From assembly GCA_903881565.1 (NCBI GenBank), contig CAIRTR010000045.1, positions 1 through 57,277 on the forward strand: a stretch of DNA of 57,277 nucleotides, read 5' to 3'. This DNA is from Oligoflexia bacterium. Its GTDB lineage: Bacteria; Bdellovibrionota; UBA1018. Shown one piece after another: positions 18,783 through 28,488 of this stretch (position 1 is its first letter; each line of letters begins with the position of its first letter). A model generated the notes under the pieces. It searched no databases. It had not been told where the DNA came from and was given only the letters and a program-made list of their open reading frames with translations. The translations under genes and the position numbers were made by a program.

Positions 18783-20640
18783 AGGCACCAAGACACCTTT
18801 GGCCGTGGCATTTTCCCTCTCCCACGTGAATCACGGATAAAACCGCCTCAGCGGATTTTAGCTTTCCGTGTTGCATTCGCTCCGCCACTTGCGCACGCGT
18901 AATCCCCAGACATTCACACAGGAGATCGGGATCCTCATTCTTTCGCACGGGATTCGAACTCTCAACACTTCGGATCGCCATTCCCCGATGGATCTCGGCT
19001 TTGCAGCCCAGCTTCTTAATCCCGTCCACATCCGTCGTGCACAAGCCACAACTCCCGTCGCGACATAACAGGGCATCTTCAGGGCGATTTCGACCCGTCT
19101 CAAACAAACCAATCGAGACGGACACGTGATCGCGCACAAAACGTCGCTCCCCGTTTAAGGTCACTTCGACCTTCTCTTCGAGAGCTGAAGCCCGCTCGAC
19201 CGAGTCAAGATAAGCCATCCCTTCTTCTACCGGAGCTTTTCTCTTTCGAACCGAACGCGCTTCCCAAAGGAGGTGGGACGGAACATCCACGGCCAGCAGG
19301 GTTCCGTCTTCCAAGTTTCGGCGCTCTTGCGCACGACCATTTCCGAGAACCTCGCCTCTGCGATTGAGAATCTCGACAAAATCTCCCTCGGCACAAATGC
19401 GCCCCTTCTTCCAAGGGACAATCAAGCGCGACATCGAATGCGCATCACGCTCATGAACCAGCACGATGGCAGAACTCGGACACACCGCCACACAGATTCC
19501 ACACCCGGTGCACTTTTCTTCAGATAATACCGGCTGCTCAGGACGCGGAACTCGCCCCGCCTCAATCGCACCTTCGGGACAGGCACGCTTGCACACATCA
19601 CAGGGAATCGACTCAAAACATTCCACCGATGCGATCGGCTTCTGATGATGGGCTTTTTTTGGAACGCCCGAGAAACTCTTCAAAGTCACCATGTCCGTGG
19701 GAGAAACCCATTTGCCCTGATACACCGGAGTGAACGCCTCGCTTCGATGCCGAAAATAACGCCTGACCCGTCCGCGACTTCGTTTCCAGATCTTTTCAAA
19801 TTCCTCACGACGCGATCCAAAATCGGTGACCAGCGCCCTGACAATTCGTCCCCCAAGCGCCCGTCCACGCTCTTCTTCTAAAACCCAACCCTCGACGTTT
19901 GCAATCTTCTCAGAGAACGCCGTTTGCTCCAATTCAAACAAAAGACTTCCCGGAGGATATTCGCGAACCGCAGGGAAATCCCGAAACGGCCCTACTGAAA
20001 CAACCCACGAGACCTCCTCAGTCTTTACACCGTCCGGGGTTTCAAACGTAAAATCCCAAAGCAGCGGCGCTTTGTTCTTTAGACTCAAAGGGAGACCTTC
20101 AAGTACGCGTCCCCCGAGCGATTCAAATCGGCGCTTCTCAACTTCCCAACCCGAGAATCGTTTCACACCCCAATTTGGGTTACCTTCGAGACAACAAACC
20201 TTCCCAACACCTGTTTCCAGGAGTTCACTTCCAAAACGGAAAGCACGATTTCCCGTTCCGAGAAGAACGACTCCCGAGCTCCAAGACACATGGGACTCCT
20301 GCCGCAATCGCTGCCCCGTCGAAATCGGAATCAACCCAGAAGAGCGCCAGCCCTCAAATGGGTCCGGCAAAAAAGACTCAGGCGTCACTCGCACCACGGC
20401 CCGCGCATGGACCTGATGAAGGCGGTGCTGAGCATCCTCGACCATGACCAATCCACCTGTCTCAGGAAACGGCAAAACTCCGCGCCCCAACAAACTCTCG
20501 CCCCCAAAACATCCCACTGTTAAACCCATGTCCGAGCAAAAGAGTGAAAGGGATCTCACGCCGATACTTGGCCAAAGCTCCAAACCGGGTCCGGCCACCA
20601 CGGCCACATCAAAGCGGGCAGTACGAACAGCGAAACTCAT
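18691..20640 (-). CDS. Fusion of degenerate FAD/NAD Rossmann, 2x[4Fe-4S] ferredoxin, [2Fe-2S] and BFD-like [2Fe-2S] domains (sarcosine oxidase alpha / dye-linked proline dehydrogenase-like)
   Basis: VVLLGTGN; ECFESIPCDVCKRACP and CTGCGICVAVCP; LCRDGSCGLC...LGC; LCECLG...GKCHGQRC. Confidence 0.75.
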   Translation of the reverse strand: MSFAVRTARFDVAVVAGPGLELWPSIGVRSLSLFCSDMGLTVGCFGGESLLGRGVLPFPETGGLVMVEDAQHRLHQVHARAVVRVTPESFLPDPFEGWRSSGLIPISTGQRLRQESHVSWSSGVVLLGTGNRAFRFGSELLETGVGKVCCLEGNPNWGVKRFSGWEVEKRRFESLGGRVLEGLPLSLKNKAPLLWDFTFETPDGVKTEEVSWVVSVGPFRDFPAVREYPPGSLLFELEQTAFSEKIANVEGWVLEEERGRALGGRIVRALVTDFGSRREEFEKIWKRSRGRVRRYFRHRSEAFTPVYQGKWVSPTDMVTLKSFSGVPKKAHHQKPIASVECFESIPCDVCKRACPEGAIEAGRVPRPEQPVLSEEKCTGCGICVAVCPSSAIVLVHERDAHSMSRLIVPWKKGRICAEGDFVEILNRRGEVLGNGRAQERRNLEDGTLLAVDVPSHLLWEARSVRKRKAPVEEGMAYLDSVERASALEEKVEVTLNGERRFVRDHVSVSIGLFETGRNRPEDALLCRDGSCGLCTTDVDGIKKLGCKAEIHRGMAIRSVESSNPVRKNEDPDLLCECLGITRAQVAERMQHGKLKSAEAVLSVIHVGEGKCHGQRCLGAFRRFLQDQGIDASQWIDWRFPSTDWVLTRN

Positions 20641-21887
20641 AACGTGGCCTCTGCCACCGAAGCTCGAGCCACTCGTACTACATCCACGAGAGGACCATCG
20701 CTGGCGTTAACAATCTGAACACTGAGATCTTGGGTCGGAAGTTTCCACGATTTTTCATCCCGCCACTCCAGAAGCGCGCGCGCCTTCATCGAACGCAATG
20801 TGAAACGCTCCCATCGCAAAAAGTCATGACAAAGTGATGTCAGAATCCCCAGTGAATCCTCAGACACCCAGGAACTGCCCGCATCACGAAGTTCGGAGGC
20901 CTGCAACCCCACGAGCGCTCCTGCCCGCAAAACCGCGAGCCGGTAAAGACCTTCTTCGGGATTCGCAGCGCCTTCGGCTTCCGCCCAGACGGCCATATCT
21001 TCAAATAGACCCACACAAGAAGGATCCAAGGCATCTCTTGAAATCACACTCCACTGCTCCCACAACCTTAATCCCACAGGCAGTTGAGGGGTCGCCCCTG
21101 TTTTTTTGGCTTGCTTCAAAATCCACGACGTCACTTTAGGGGTCCAAAAAACCAAAAGACCTTCTCTGATATTAAAGCTCTTGGGCTCTGAATGAACTGC
21201 AAAGCGCACTCCGCCCGGGGCGATTTCAAACTGTTCAGCAGAACTAAAAAAATTCTCTGCCCCCAAGCGTTCTCTCACAAACTCCAAAAGGCCATTGCGA
21301 TAACGGGCGACATCCACGTCACACAAGCGCGGGACAAAGAGGCCTTGAATCTGCCTGGCACCCTCGGCCCCGCCCGGAAAACGTCGGGCGGCTTGCAGAT
21401 TCTCCCAGAGCTGAGGGTTGAGTCCGGCATCCGAGGATTCGACAAAGAGCTCATCAAATGCCTCTTGCGACAGCCCCTGAGGCGTTTCGCTGATCATCCA
21501 TTCGAAGCCCCGGCTTCGCACATGCGGCGCAGAAGAATCATGAAACCCGGCGCCGCGGTTTCGCCTGTCTTCACGCCTCTCGACGCGTCGCTCATCACGT
21601 CTTTCGTCGGCGCCAATCCAGCCCTCGATCGCACCCGGAAAATCAGGCCGGAGGGTCGCAAGTGCCCTCTCAATCGAATTGCGCTGGAGCCGCTCACCAA
21701 AACCTTTGGGAAACTTCGAGTTCGTCCGCGACAACATCGGATCCAATGACAATTCTGAATCTTCCAAGAAGAAATCCCTATCAGGATTAATGACGACCAC
21801 GGATTTACCCTGAGCCAGAAGATGGCTTGCCGCAACCAGCGGCGCAACGCCTGTTCCAAAAAGCGCGTAATCGCTATCGAACGGCAT
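20637..21887 (-). CDS. Divergent FAD-dependent oxidoreductase-like protein
   Basis: N-terminal DYALFGTGVAPLVAASHL...VVVIN Rossmann-like start (GxGxxP); overlaps both neighbours. Confidence 0.55.
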   Translation of the reverse strand: MPFDSDYALFGTGVAPLVAASHLLAQGKSVVVINPDRDFFLEDSELSLDPMLSRTNSKFPKGFGERLQRNSIERALATLRPDFPGAIEGWIGADERRDERRVERREDRRNRGAGFHDSSAPHVRSRGFEWMISETPQGLSQEAFDELFVESSDAGLNPQLWENLQAARRFPGGAEGARQIQGLFVPRLCDVDVARYRNGLLEFVRERLGAENFFSSAEQFEIAPGGVRFAVHSEPKSFNIREGLLVFWTPKVTSWILKQAKKTGATPQLPVGLRLWEQWSVISRDALDPSCVGLFEDMAVWAEAEGAANPEEGLYRLAVLRAGALVGLQASELRDAGSSWVSEDSLGILTSLCHDFLRWERFTLRSMKARALLEWRDEKSWKLPTQDLSVQIVNASDGPLVDVVRVARASVAEATL

Positions 21888-23124
21888 CCATCAGACTCCC
21901 CATGACGCGCTTCAAAGCGGTCTGGACTTGCGCTTTCTTATATTCAATGTGCGAACTCCGACCCCGCTCATTCTCTTCCGCACTCACACGATCCATGACT
22001 TGAATTTCGAAAGGATAGAAAAACCGAATTTCGCGCTGAAGATATTTCAAATCGATCTTATCGACCGCTTTTAAAATCTCGGAGTCGACGTCGTCTTTTG
22101 ATTTCACTAAAGTCTTGAGCGACTTGAGGTCCAAATAAAGGGGATTGCGCAATTTAATGAGTTGCCGGCACGTGAACTGCATCGCGCGATAATGGGAACT
22201 CGAATGGGGATTATCCATCCCGACTAGTGGGTATTGAACGGCCGCCTCAAGAGCACTGACGATCCCTGACTCGTTGAGCTCACCCGATTTGGCCTGAGCC
22301 CACACGGGAGCAAACTTCGCCTTGAAGACCTCAAGATCCACGAGCGTATTGCGAGAGCGACTGGGCTTGATATTGGGAGACATGAAAATTTTGCGATCCA
22401 GAAGATATTTTACAACACGAAGAGCTCCAAATTTAGTCTCCGTGATAAAACGAATTCCCACTCGATCAAAAATATCCTCCGCCACATTCTCTGACTTATG
22501 AAGCAGTTTAAGAATCGTGGATTCTCGCGACTTCTTCGGTTTCGGCAAAAACTCAATCAAATTCACCCGCAGCGGATCATCCTCGCGCTCCCCTAGATAG
22601 AGGTGGTTTTCATGGTCCCGATGAAGCACACGATAGAAACGATCCAAGATTTGCTGCTGGATATCCGTAAAATACGAGGTTCGCAAATCCTTATCGGCAT
22701 GGGCAATGGTATGCATGACTTTCAGGAGCGCACACGCCCAGTTCCTCAAATACAGACCCTGGGTATCGGACATCTGACCTGGCTGATGAAGGCTCGCCAT
22801 CAAGAAGAGATCTCTCACGTCCAAAAGCTCTAAGATCTTCTTAGGAATCTCAAGCCGCAACCCATCCGGGTTATCAGGCTGTAGAAAATTCCGACGAATA
22901 AAATTCAGCGCTTCATGAAAATTCCCAAAGATCTCGGCTTTTTCAATCGGATTCTCTAGATAAAACCCGTAGCTATGCAGATAGCCATCCACCTCATCCA
23001 GTGAACGCAGGTCAAGTTGAGCTTTCGAATCCAACATCGATTGACCACCGATGATGACATCCAAAACTTCAGGGCCAAATTCATATTTACCGCGCAAGGC
23101 GGAAAAAGGACTACGACTTCCCAT
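21874..23124 (-). CDS. TIGR04552-family protein (RelA/SpoT synthetase-like nucleotidyltransferase fold)
   Basis: WACALLKVMH, KSRESTILKLLHK, DIFDRVGIRF, PSRSRN, NPHSSSHYRAMQFT, FFYPFEIQ, SHIEYK; about 400 aa. Confidence 0.8.
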   Translation of the reverse strand: MGSRSPFSALRGKYEFGPEVLDVIIGGQSMLDSKAQLDLRSLDEVDGYLHSYGFYLENPIEKAEIFGNFHEALNFIRRNFLQPDNPDGLRLEIPKKILELLDVRDLFLMASLHQPGQMSDTQGLYLRNWACALLKVMHTIAHADKDLRTSYFTDIQQQILDRFYRVLHRDHENHLYLGEREDDPLRVNLIEFLPKPKKSRESTILKLLHKSENVAEDIFDRVGIRFITETKFGALRVVKYLLDRKIFMSPNIKPSRSRNTLVDLEVFKAKFAPVWAQAKSGELNESGIVSALEAAVQYPLVGMDNPHSSSHYRAMQFTCRQLIKLRNPLYLDLKSLKTLVKSKDDVDSEILKAVDKIDLKYLQREIRFFYPFEIQVMDRVSAEENERGRSSHIEYKKAQVQTALKRVMGSLMDAVR

Positions 23125-23229
23125 CCGATTTGCACCTTATATGAAGAAAGCGCCACCCGGCAACCCCCGAAAAAAGCAGCGCCAAAATAACACTCATCGT
23201 CAAAGCCCATAAAGTGTAGTCTCGGCCCC

Positions 23230-23781
23230 ATGCTTCAACCCTCAAGAAAAGCGACAATGCGTTGGGAACAAATCAGTGGCGTGCGTGGATTCTTGGCCGT
23301 TTTCATTGGAACGGCGGGGGGTGCAGGATTCTTTCCGCTCGCCCCAGGCACGATGGGAACTCTCGTGGCTGTGCCATTAGCCTTTTATACAGCGTCTTGG
23401 GATTGGAGTTTTCGCTTAGCCCTTTGGGTCGGACTCACTTTAATCGGCACTTGGTCGGCAAAGGTTTTTGATGAAACCATGGGGACCTCCGACAATCAAC
23501 ACATCGTCATCGACGAAGTCGTAGGCTACGGAATCACGTCTTGGACTTGCGGAACGGGAGCGGTTCCTCTGCTTGTGGCCTTTGTTTTGTTTCGCGCTTT
23601 TGACATCATCAAGCCTCCACCGGTCCGACAACTGGACCGATGGTCCAAGATCAAGGCATCCTCAAAATCTGAAATCGGTCGTTGGTGGGGCGGTTTTGGC
23701 GTCATCGGAGACGATATAGTCGCGGGATTTCAAGCACTTTTAGTGATTATTGCGCTTCAACATTTTGGTATTTTGTCCTGA
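23230..23781 (+). CDS. pgpA: Phosphatidylglycerophosphatase A
   Basis: APGTMGT, IVIDEVVG, LFRAFDIIKPPP, GVIGDDIVAG. Confidence 0.92.
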   Translation: MLQPSRKATMRWEQISGVRGFLAVFIGTAGGAGFFPLAPGTMGTLVAVPLAFYTASWDWSFRLALWVGLTLIGTWSAKVFDETMGTSDNQHIVIDEVVGYGITSWTCGTGAVPLLVAFVLFRAFDIIKPPPVRQLDRWSKIKASSKSEIGRWWGGFGVIGDDIVAGFQALLVIIALQHFGILS

Positions 23782-23842
23782 CCTGTTTTCGAGTACGGTT
23801 ATTGCTCGAGCGTGTTTCTTTATTAACTGAAGGAGAGGATTT

Positions 23843-25009
23843 ATGGAAAATAGTACAAGTTCTGCAATGAATAGCCAAAAGCACAAGGCATTAGACCTTG
23901 CGGTTCAGGCCATTGAAAAACAATTCGGCAAAGGCTCCATCATGCGATTGGGGAACGCGGAAACCCTCGTTGCATCGGATGTTCAAGCGGTTCCTACGGG
24001 AGCTCTCAGCCTTGATATCGCGCTCGGAATCGGTGGCTACCCGCGCGGCCGCGTGGTCGAAGTCTACGGACCTGAGTCTTCGGGTAAAACGACGCTCACT
24101 CTTCACGCAATTGCTGAAATCCAAAAGCAAGGCGGAGTCGCAGCTTTCATCGACGCTGAACACGCACTCGATGTGAACTACGCTCGAAAACTGGGCGTTC
24201 GCACCGATGACCTTTTAATCTCGCAACCCGACACCGGCGAACAAGCTCTTGAAATTTGCGACATGCTCGTGCGTTCCGGCGGCGTAGATCTTCTCGTGAT
24301 TGACTCGGTGGCGGCTCTCGTTCCACGTGCCGAAATCGAAGGCGAAATGGGCGATTCCCACATGGGTCTCCAAGCTCGTTTGATGAGTCAAGCTCTTCGT
24401 AAACTCACGGGCACGATCAATCGCAGCAAGACGTTGGTGATTTTCATCAATCAATTGCGCATGAAGATTGGCGTGATGTTTGGCAACCCTGAAACCACCA
24501 CCGGCGGTAACGCTCTTAAGTTCTACGCCACGGTACGACTGGATATTCGTCGCATCGGCGCACTTAAAGATGGCGAAAACGTCATCGGCAATCGCACCCG
24601 CGTGAAAGTGGTCAAAAACAAATTGGCCCCTCCCTTTAAGGAAGTTGAATTCGACATTCTTTACGGTGAAGGAATTTCGCGCGAAGGCGACATCCTGGAT
24701 TTGGCTGCCAACCTCAACATCATCGAAAAGAGTGGGACTTGGTACACGTACAAAGACGAGCGCATGGGACAGGGTCGTGATAATGCACGAAACTTCCTTA
24801 AAGAGCGTCCAGAGATCATGGCTACCGTTCGCGAAGCGGTGCTTAAGAAGTCGGGCGTTCACTACGGCGGCGTGACTCCGGTGGCTCCTGCCAACGGCGC
24901 AGTTCTTAACGTAGGTGATGCAACTGATCTTAATGCTAAGGCTAAGATGACGCCTCCGCTTGGGGCTTCGACGAAGCCTGCTTCTCAGACCAGTCTTTCC
25001 AAAAAATAG
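23843..25009 (+). CDS. recA: Recombinase RecA
   Basis: [42 protein letters not shown]. Start 23843 or 23867. Confidence 0.99.
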   Translation: MENSTSSAMNSQKHKALDLAVQAIEKQFGKGSIMRLGNAETLVASDVQAVPTGALSLDIALGIGGYPRGRVVEVYGPESSGKTTLTLHAIAEIQKQGGVAAFIDAEHALDVNYARKLGVRTDDLLISQPDTGEQALEICDMLVRSGGVDLLVIDSVAALVPRAEIEGEMGDSHMGLQARLMSQALRKLTGTINRSKTLVIFINQLRMKIGVMFGNPETTTGGNALKFYATVRLDIRRIGALKDGENVIGNRTRVKVVKNKLAPPFKEVEFDILYGEGISREGDILDLAANLNIIEKSGTWYTYKDERMGQGRDNARNFLKERPEIMATVREAVLKKSGVHYGGVTPVAPANGAVLNVGDATDLNAKAKMTPPLGASTKPASQTSLSKK

Positions 25010-25046
25010 GCTAAGAAGTAAGCTGAATTCTCTCAAAACTTAAAAG

Positions 25047-25078
25047 GCCTCGGGGTTTCGACCCCGGGGCTTTTTTTT
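25047..25078 (+). terminator. Rho-independent terminator after recA
   Basis: GCCTCGGGGT-TTCG-ACCCCGGGGC followed by T8. Confidence 0.92.
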
Positions 25079-25114
25079 GTCCATTTTTTCCCGTAGCCCC
25101 TGTAGGCTTAATTC

Positions 25115-25588
25115 ATGAACCTCAACACCTTTTACGTCCGCGCGTTTGGCTTTCGAAAAATCCCGCTTCTCTTCTTCGCCAGCCCCTCGGTCCTGGAACT
25201 TTCCGATGAACGCTGCGTAGTGAAGATCCCGCTTTGTTTCCGGACCCGCAACCACCTAGGCTCACTTTATTTTGGGGCATTGGCGATCGGCGCGGATTGC
25301 GCTGGCGGCCTAATTGCGATGAAAAATATTGAAGCGCAAGGAAATGCCGTCTCGCTGATTTTCAAAGATTTCAAAGCAAGCTTTTTAAAACGCGCCGAAG
25401 GCGACACGCTTTTTACGTGCGTTCAGGGGCGCGAGATTCGCGACCTTGTGACGCGCGCGATGGAGTCCGGGGAGCGACAGAATTTGAGCGTGAATGTCGT
25501 GGCGACGGTGCCCTCAAAAAGTGGTGATGAGCCGGTGGCGCAGTTTGAGCTGACGTTGTCGTTGAAGAAGAAGGCTATTTTGAAGTGA
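25115..25588 (+). CDS. DUF4442 hotdog-fold thioesterase-like protein
   Basis: RTRNHLGSLYFGALAIGADCAGG, FLKRAEGD. Confidence 0.8.
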   Translation: MNLNTFYVRAFGFRKIPLLFFASPSVLELSDERCVVKIPLCFRTRNHLGSLYFGALAIGADCAGGLIAMKNIEAQGNAVSLIFKDFKASFLKRAEGDTLFTCVQGREIRDLVTRAMESGERQNLSVNVVATVPSKSGDEPVAQFELTLSLKKKAILK

Positions 25589-25836
25589 TTGCTATCGGAC
25601 TCGCCCCAGCCCGCGCGCCCCGAGTCAGGGCGACTGCGCTTACGGCAGAAACCAGAAACACCATGAAAACCACGAGATTCCATTGAAACTTGGACATTCA
25701 AAGGTTCTATCGGATGAAAGCTCGAAATTCTTGAGGAATTTATTTAGAATCCCGTGACGCATCGCACCCTCTCCGGCGAGGTGAGAAAACGCCCCACCAC
25801 TGGAACCTTGCCCCAACAAATGCTAGCTTTATCCAA

Positions 25837-28488
25837 ATGAAAGCATCCGAAATCCGCTCCAGTTTCCTCAAATATTTTGAAAAAAACGGTCACACCGTAC
25901 TCGAAAGCTCGTCTCTCGTTCCGCAGAACGACCCGACCCTGCTTTTCACCAACGCCGGAATGGTCCAATTCAAGGACGTGTTCTTGGGCGACGACAAACG
26001 CAGCTACACGCGCGCAACCACTTCACAAAAATGCGTGCGCGCCGGCGGCAAACACAACGACCTTGAAAACGTCGGCTTCACGGCTCGCCATCATACTTTT
26101 TTTGAGATGCTGGGGAATTTTTCTTTCGGCGACTACTTCAAAAAAGAAGCCATCCACTATGCGTGGGAATTTGTCACCCAGGTTCTGAAACTCCCCATCG
26201 ATCGCCTCTATGTGACTGTTTATGAAAAAGACGACGAAGCCGCCGACATCTGGCATGACCAGGAAAAAGTCCCGCGTGATCGTATCTTTAAATTCGGCGA
26301 AAAAGACAACTTCTGGTCCATGGGCGAAACAGGCCCCTGCGGACCTTGCAGCGAAATCTTCATTGATCGCGGCCCTAAATACAGCTGCGGCAAACCCACC
26401 TGCAAAATGGGCTGCGATTGCGATCGCTACATGGAATTCTGGAACCTCGTGTTCATGCAGTTTAACCGCGATGCGAGCGGAAAACTCACACCCCTTCCTA
26501 AACCCTCGGTCGATACGGGTGCGGGACTCGAGCGAATCGCTTCGATCTTGCAAGATGTTGAAACAAATTACGATACGGACGCTTTTCAATCCATCATTGG
26601 GAAAACCGCAGAACTTGCGGGCGTTAAATACGATACCGGAAAAGACACGGCCGTTTCTTTTCGCGTCATCGCCGATCACTCGCGTGCGACTACTTTTCTA
26701 ATCGCAGACGGTGTCATGCCGTCAAACGAAGGCCGGGGCTACGTTCTCCGCCGCATCATGAGACGCGCCATACGACACGGCAAGAAACTGGGCTTCGAAG
26801 GCCCGTTTCTGCACAAGACAGCAAGCTACGTAATTGATCAGATGAAAGAGGCTTACCCGGATCTCATCGACAAACGCGCTTTCATTGAAAAAGCAATTCT
26901 GGCTGAAGAAGAACAATTCTTACGGACTCTCGAGCGTGGCCTCATTCTCTTGGATGAAGAGACCACCAAAATGGGCGCCACGAAAATCGTGACTGGCGAA
27001 ATCGCGTTTAAACTTTATGACACCTATGGATTCCCCCTGGATTTGACCCGCGTGATTTGCTCCGAAAAGGGCCTCTCCATTGATGAAGCCGGCTTTGAGA
27101 AGTGCATGGAACGTCAGCGCAGTGAATCGCGCAAGCATTGGAAGGGTTCAGGCGAAGAAGCCGTTTCCAGCGAATACATCAAGCTCACTTCGACCCTCAA
27201 AGCTGCGGGACACCTCCCCCAATTTGTGGGGTACGAGTCCTCGAGTGCGCAGGGAAAATGCCTTGGAGTATTCACTCACGCCAGTGATGACATCATCGAA
27301 GCCGTCTTCTCGGTCACGCCCTTTTATGGCGAAAGTGGCGGGCAAACCGGCGATCGCGGCCGCGTCGTAAGCGGCGCGGGCGGCGGCTTTGAAGGCGAAG
27401 TGATCGACACGCAAAAACCCACACCTGAACTCATTGTTGTTCATATCAAACCCCTCAAAGGTACTTTGATCACAGGCGAAACCTACCTTCAAGAAACCGA
27501 CACGCACATTCGCGGGCTGATCGAACGCAATCACACAGGCACCCACCTGCTGCATTGGGCGCTCCGTGAAGTCTTAGGAAAACACGTCAAACAAGCCGGA
27601 TCTTTGGTGACCCCTGAACTTCTGCGCTTTGATTTCGCCCATTTTCAGCCCATGACTGATGACGAAGTCCTGAAGGTCGAAGACCTGATTAATGAAAAGA
27701 TTTGGTCGAGCCGTCCCGTCTCTAAAAGAGAAATGGACAAGGATTCCGCGATTGCCGCAGGCGCCATTGCCTTCTTCGGTGAAAAATACGGGGATAAGGT
27801 TCGGGTCGTGAAGGTCGGGGATTTTTCCACCGAGCTTTGCGGAGGCACCCACGTCAATAACTCCGCTGAAATCAATTTATTCAAAATCGCCAACGAAAGC
27901 GGAATCGCAGCCGGCGTCCGCCGAATCATCGCCTACACTTCGCAAGGTGCTTTCCAATATCTCCGCAAAAAAGACGAAGAAGTAAAAGTCATTCGCGACC
28001 GTCTCAAAGCCTCCTCCAGTGATGAGATCATGGGGAAACTGGATCGCCTTTTCGCTACCGAGCGGGAAATGCGCAAACAAATCGAACAAGCCCAGGCAAA
28101 AAGTGCGGGTGGCGAGGTTGACGAGTTTCTCGCAAAGGGAATCAAAATCGGCGATGCTCTTGTCGTTACCGGAGTCTGTGCGACGAATCCTGAAGGGATC
28201 AAACGCCTGAGAGACATCGCTGATAAAATTAAGCAAAAATCCCCCGGGGTTATCGCCGTTTTAGGGATGATCGAAGACGGAGGCCAAAAAGCATCCATCA
28301 TCGCAGCCCTGGGGCCGCAAGCCCCCAAGAAAATCGGGGCAGGTGACATCATTAAGGAGATCGCCCCGCTGATTGACGGCCGGGGCGGTGGGAAACCGGA
28401 CTTCGCACAAGCGGGTGGGACAAAAACGACAGGGCTAGCCCAAGCGATAGAGGCAGCTGGCTCCATGATTCAGAGGGCTTTGAAGTGA
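25837..28488 (+). CDS. alaS: Alanine--tRNA ligase
   Basis: LLFTNAGM, RHHTFFEMLGNFSFGDYFK, DTGAGLER, HTGTH, ELCGGTH, GGGKP. Confidence 0.99.
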   Translation: MKASEIRSSFLKYFEKNGHTVLESSSLVPQNDPTLLFTNAGMVQFKDVFLGDDKRSYTRATTSQKCVRAGGKHNDLENVGFTARHHTFFEMLGNFSFGDYFKKEAIHYAWEFVTQVLKLPIDRLYVTVYEKDDEAADIWHDQEKVPRDRIFKFGEKDNFWSMGETGPCGPCSEIFIDRGPKYSCGKPTCKMGCDCDRYMEFWNLVFMQFNRDASGKLTPLPKPSVDTGAGLERIASILQDVETNYDTDAFQSIIGKTAELAGVKYDTGKDTAVSFRVIADHSRATTFLIADGVMPSNEGRGYVLRRIMRRAIRHGKKLGFEGPFLHKTASYVIDQMKEAYPDLIDKRAFIEKAILAEEEQFLRTLERGLILLDEETTKMGATKIVTGEIAFKLYDTYGFPLDLTRVICSEKGLSIDEAGFEKCMERQRSESRKHWKGSGEEAVSSEYIKLTSTLKAAGHLPQFVGYESSSAQGKCLGVFTHASDDIIEAVFSVTPFYGESGGQTGDRGRVVSGAGGGFEGEVIDTQKPTPELIVVHIKPLKGTLITGETYLQETDTHIRGLIERNHTGTHLLHWALREVLGKHVKQAGSLVTPELLRFDFAHFQPMTDDEVLKVEDLINEKIWSSRPVSKREMDKDSAIAAGAIAFFGEKYGDKVRVVKVGDFSTELCGGTHVNNSAEINLFKIANESGIAAGVRRIIAYTSQGAFQYLRKKDEEVKVIRDRLKASSSDEIMGKLDRLFATEREMRKQIEQAQAKSAGGEVDEFLAKGIKIGDALVVTGVCATNPEGIKRLRDIADKIKQKSPGVIAVLGMIEDGGQKASIIAALGPQAPKKIGAGDIIKEIAPLIDGRGGGKPDFAQAGGTKTTGLAQAIEAAGSMIQRALK

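Noticed and set aside
23783-23798. E. coli-type SOS box upstream of recA (CTGT-N8-ACGG)
   Set aside because: One mismatch, non-AT-rich spacer, and this lineage is not expected to use the gammaproteobacterial LexA box.
24215-25036. 273-aa antisense ORF over recA, and similar shadow ORFs over alaS, recG, aceB-aceA and prs
   Set aside because: In-register antisense frames of conserved genes arising from codon bias; no recognisable motifs.
25595-25800. T-box or riboswitch upstream of alaS
   Set aside because: Only a GC-rich hairpin near 25600-25635; no T-box motif or terminator, and alaS shows leaderless promoter geometry.
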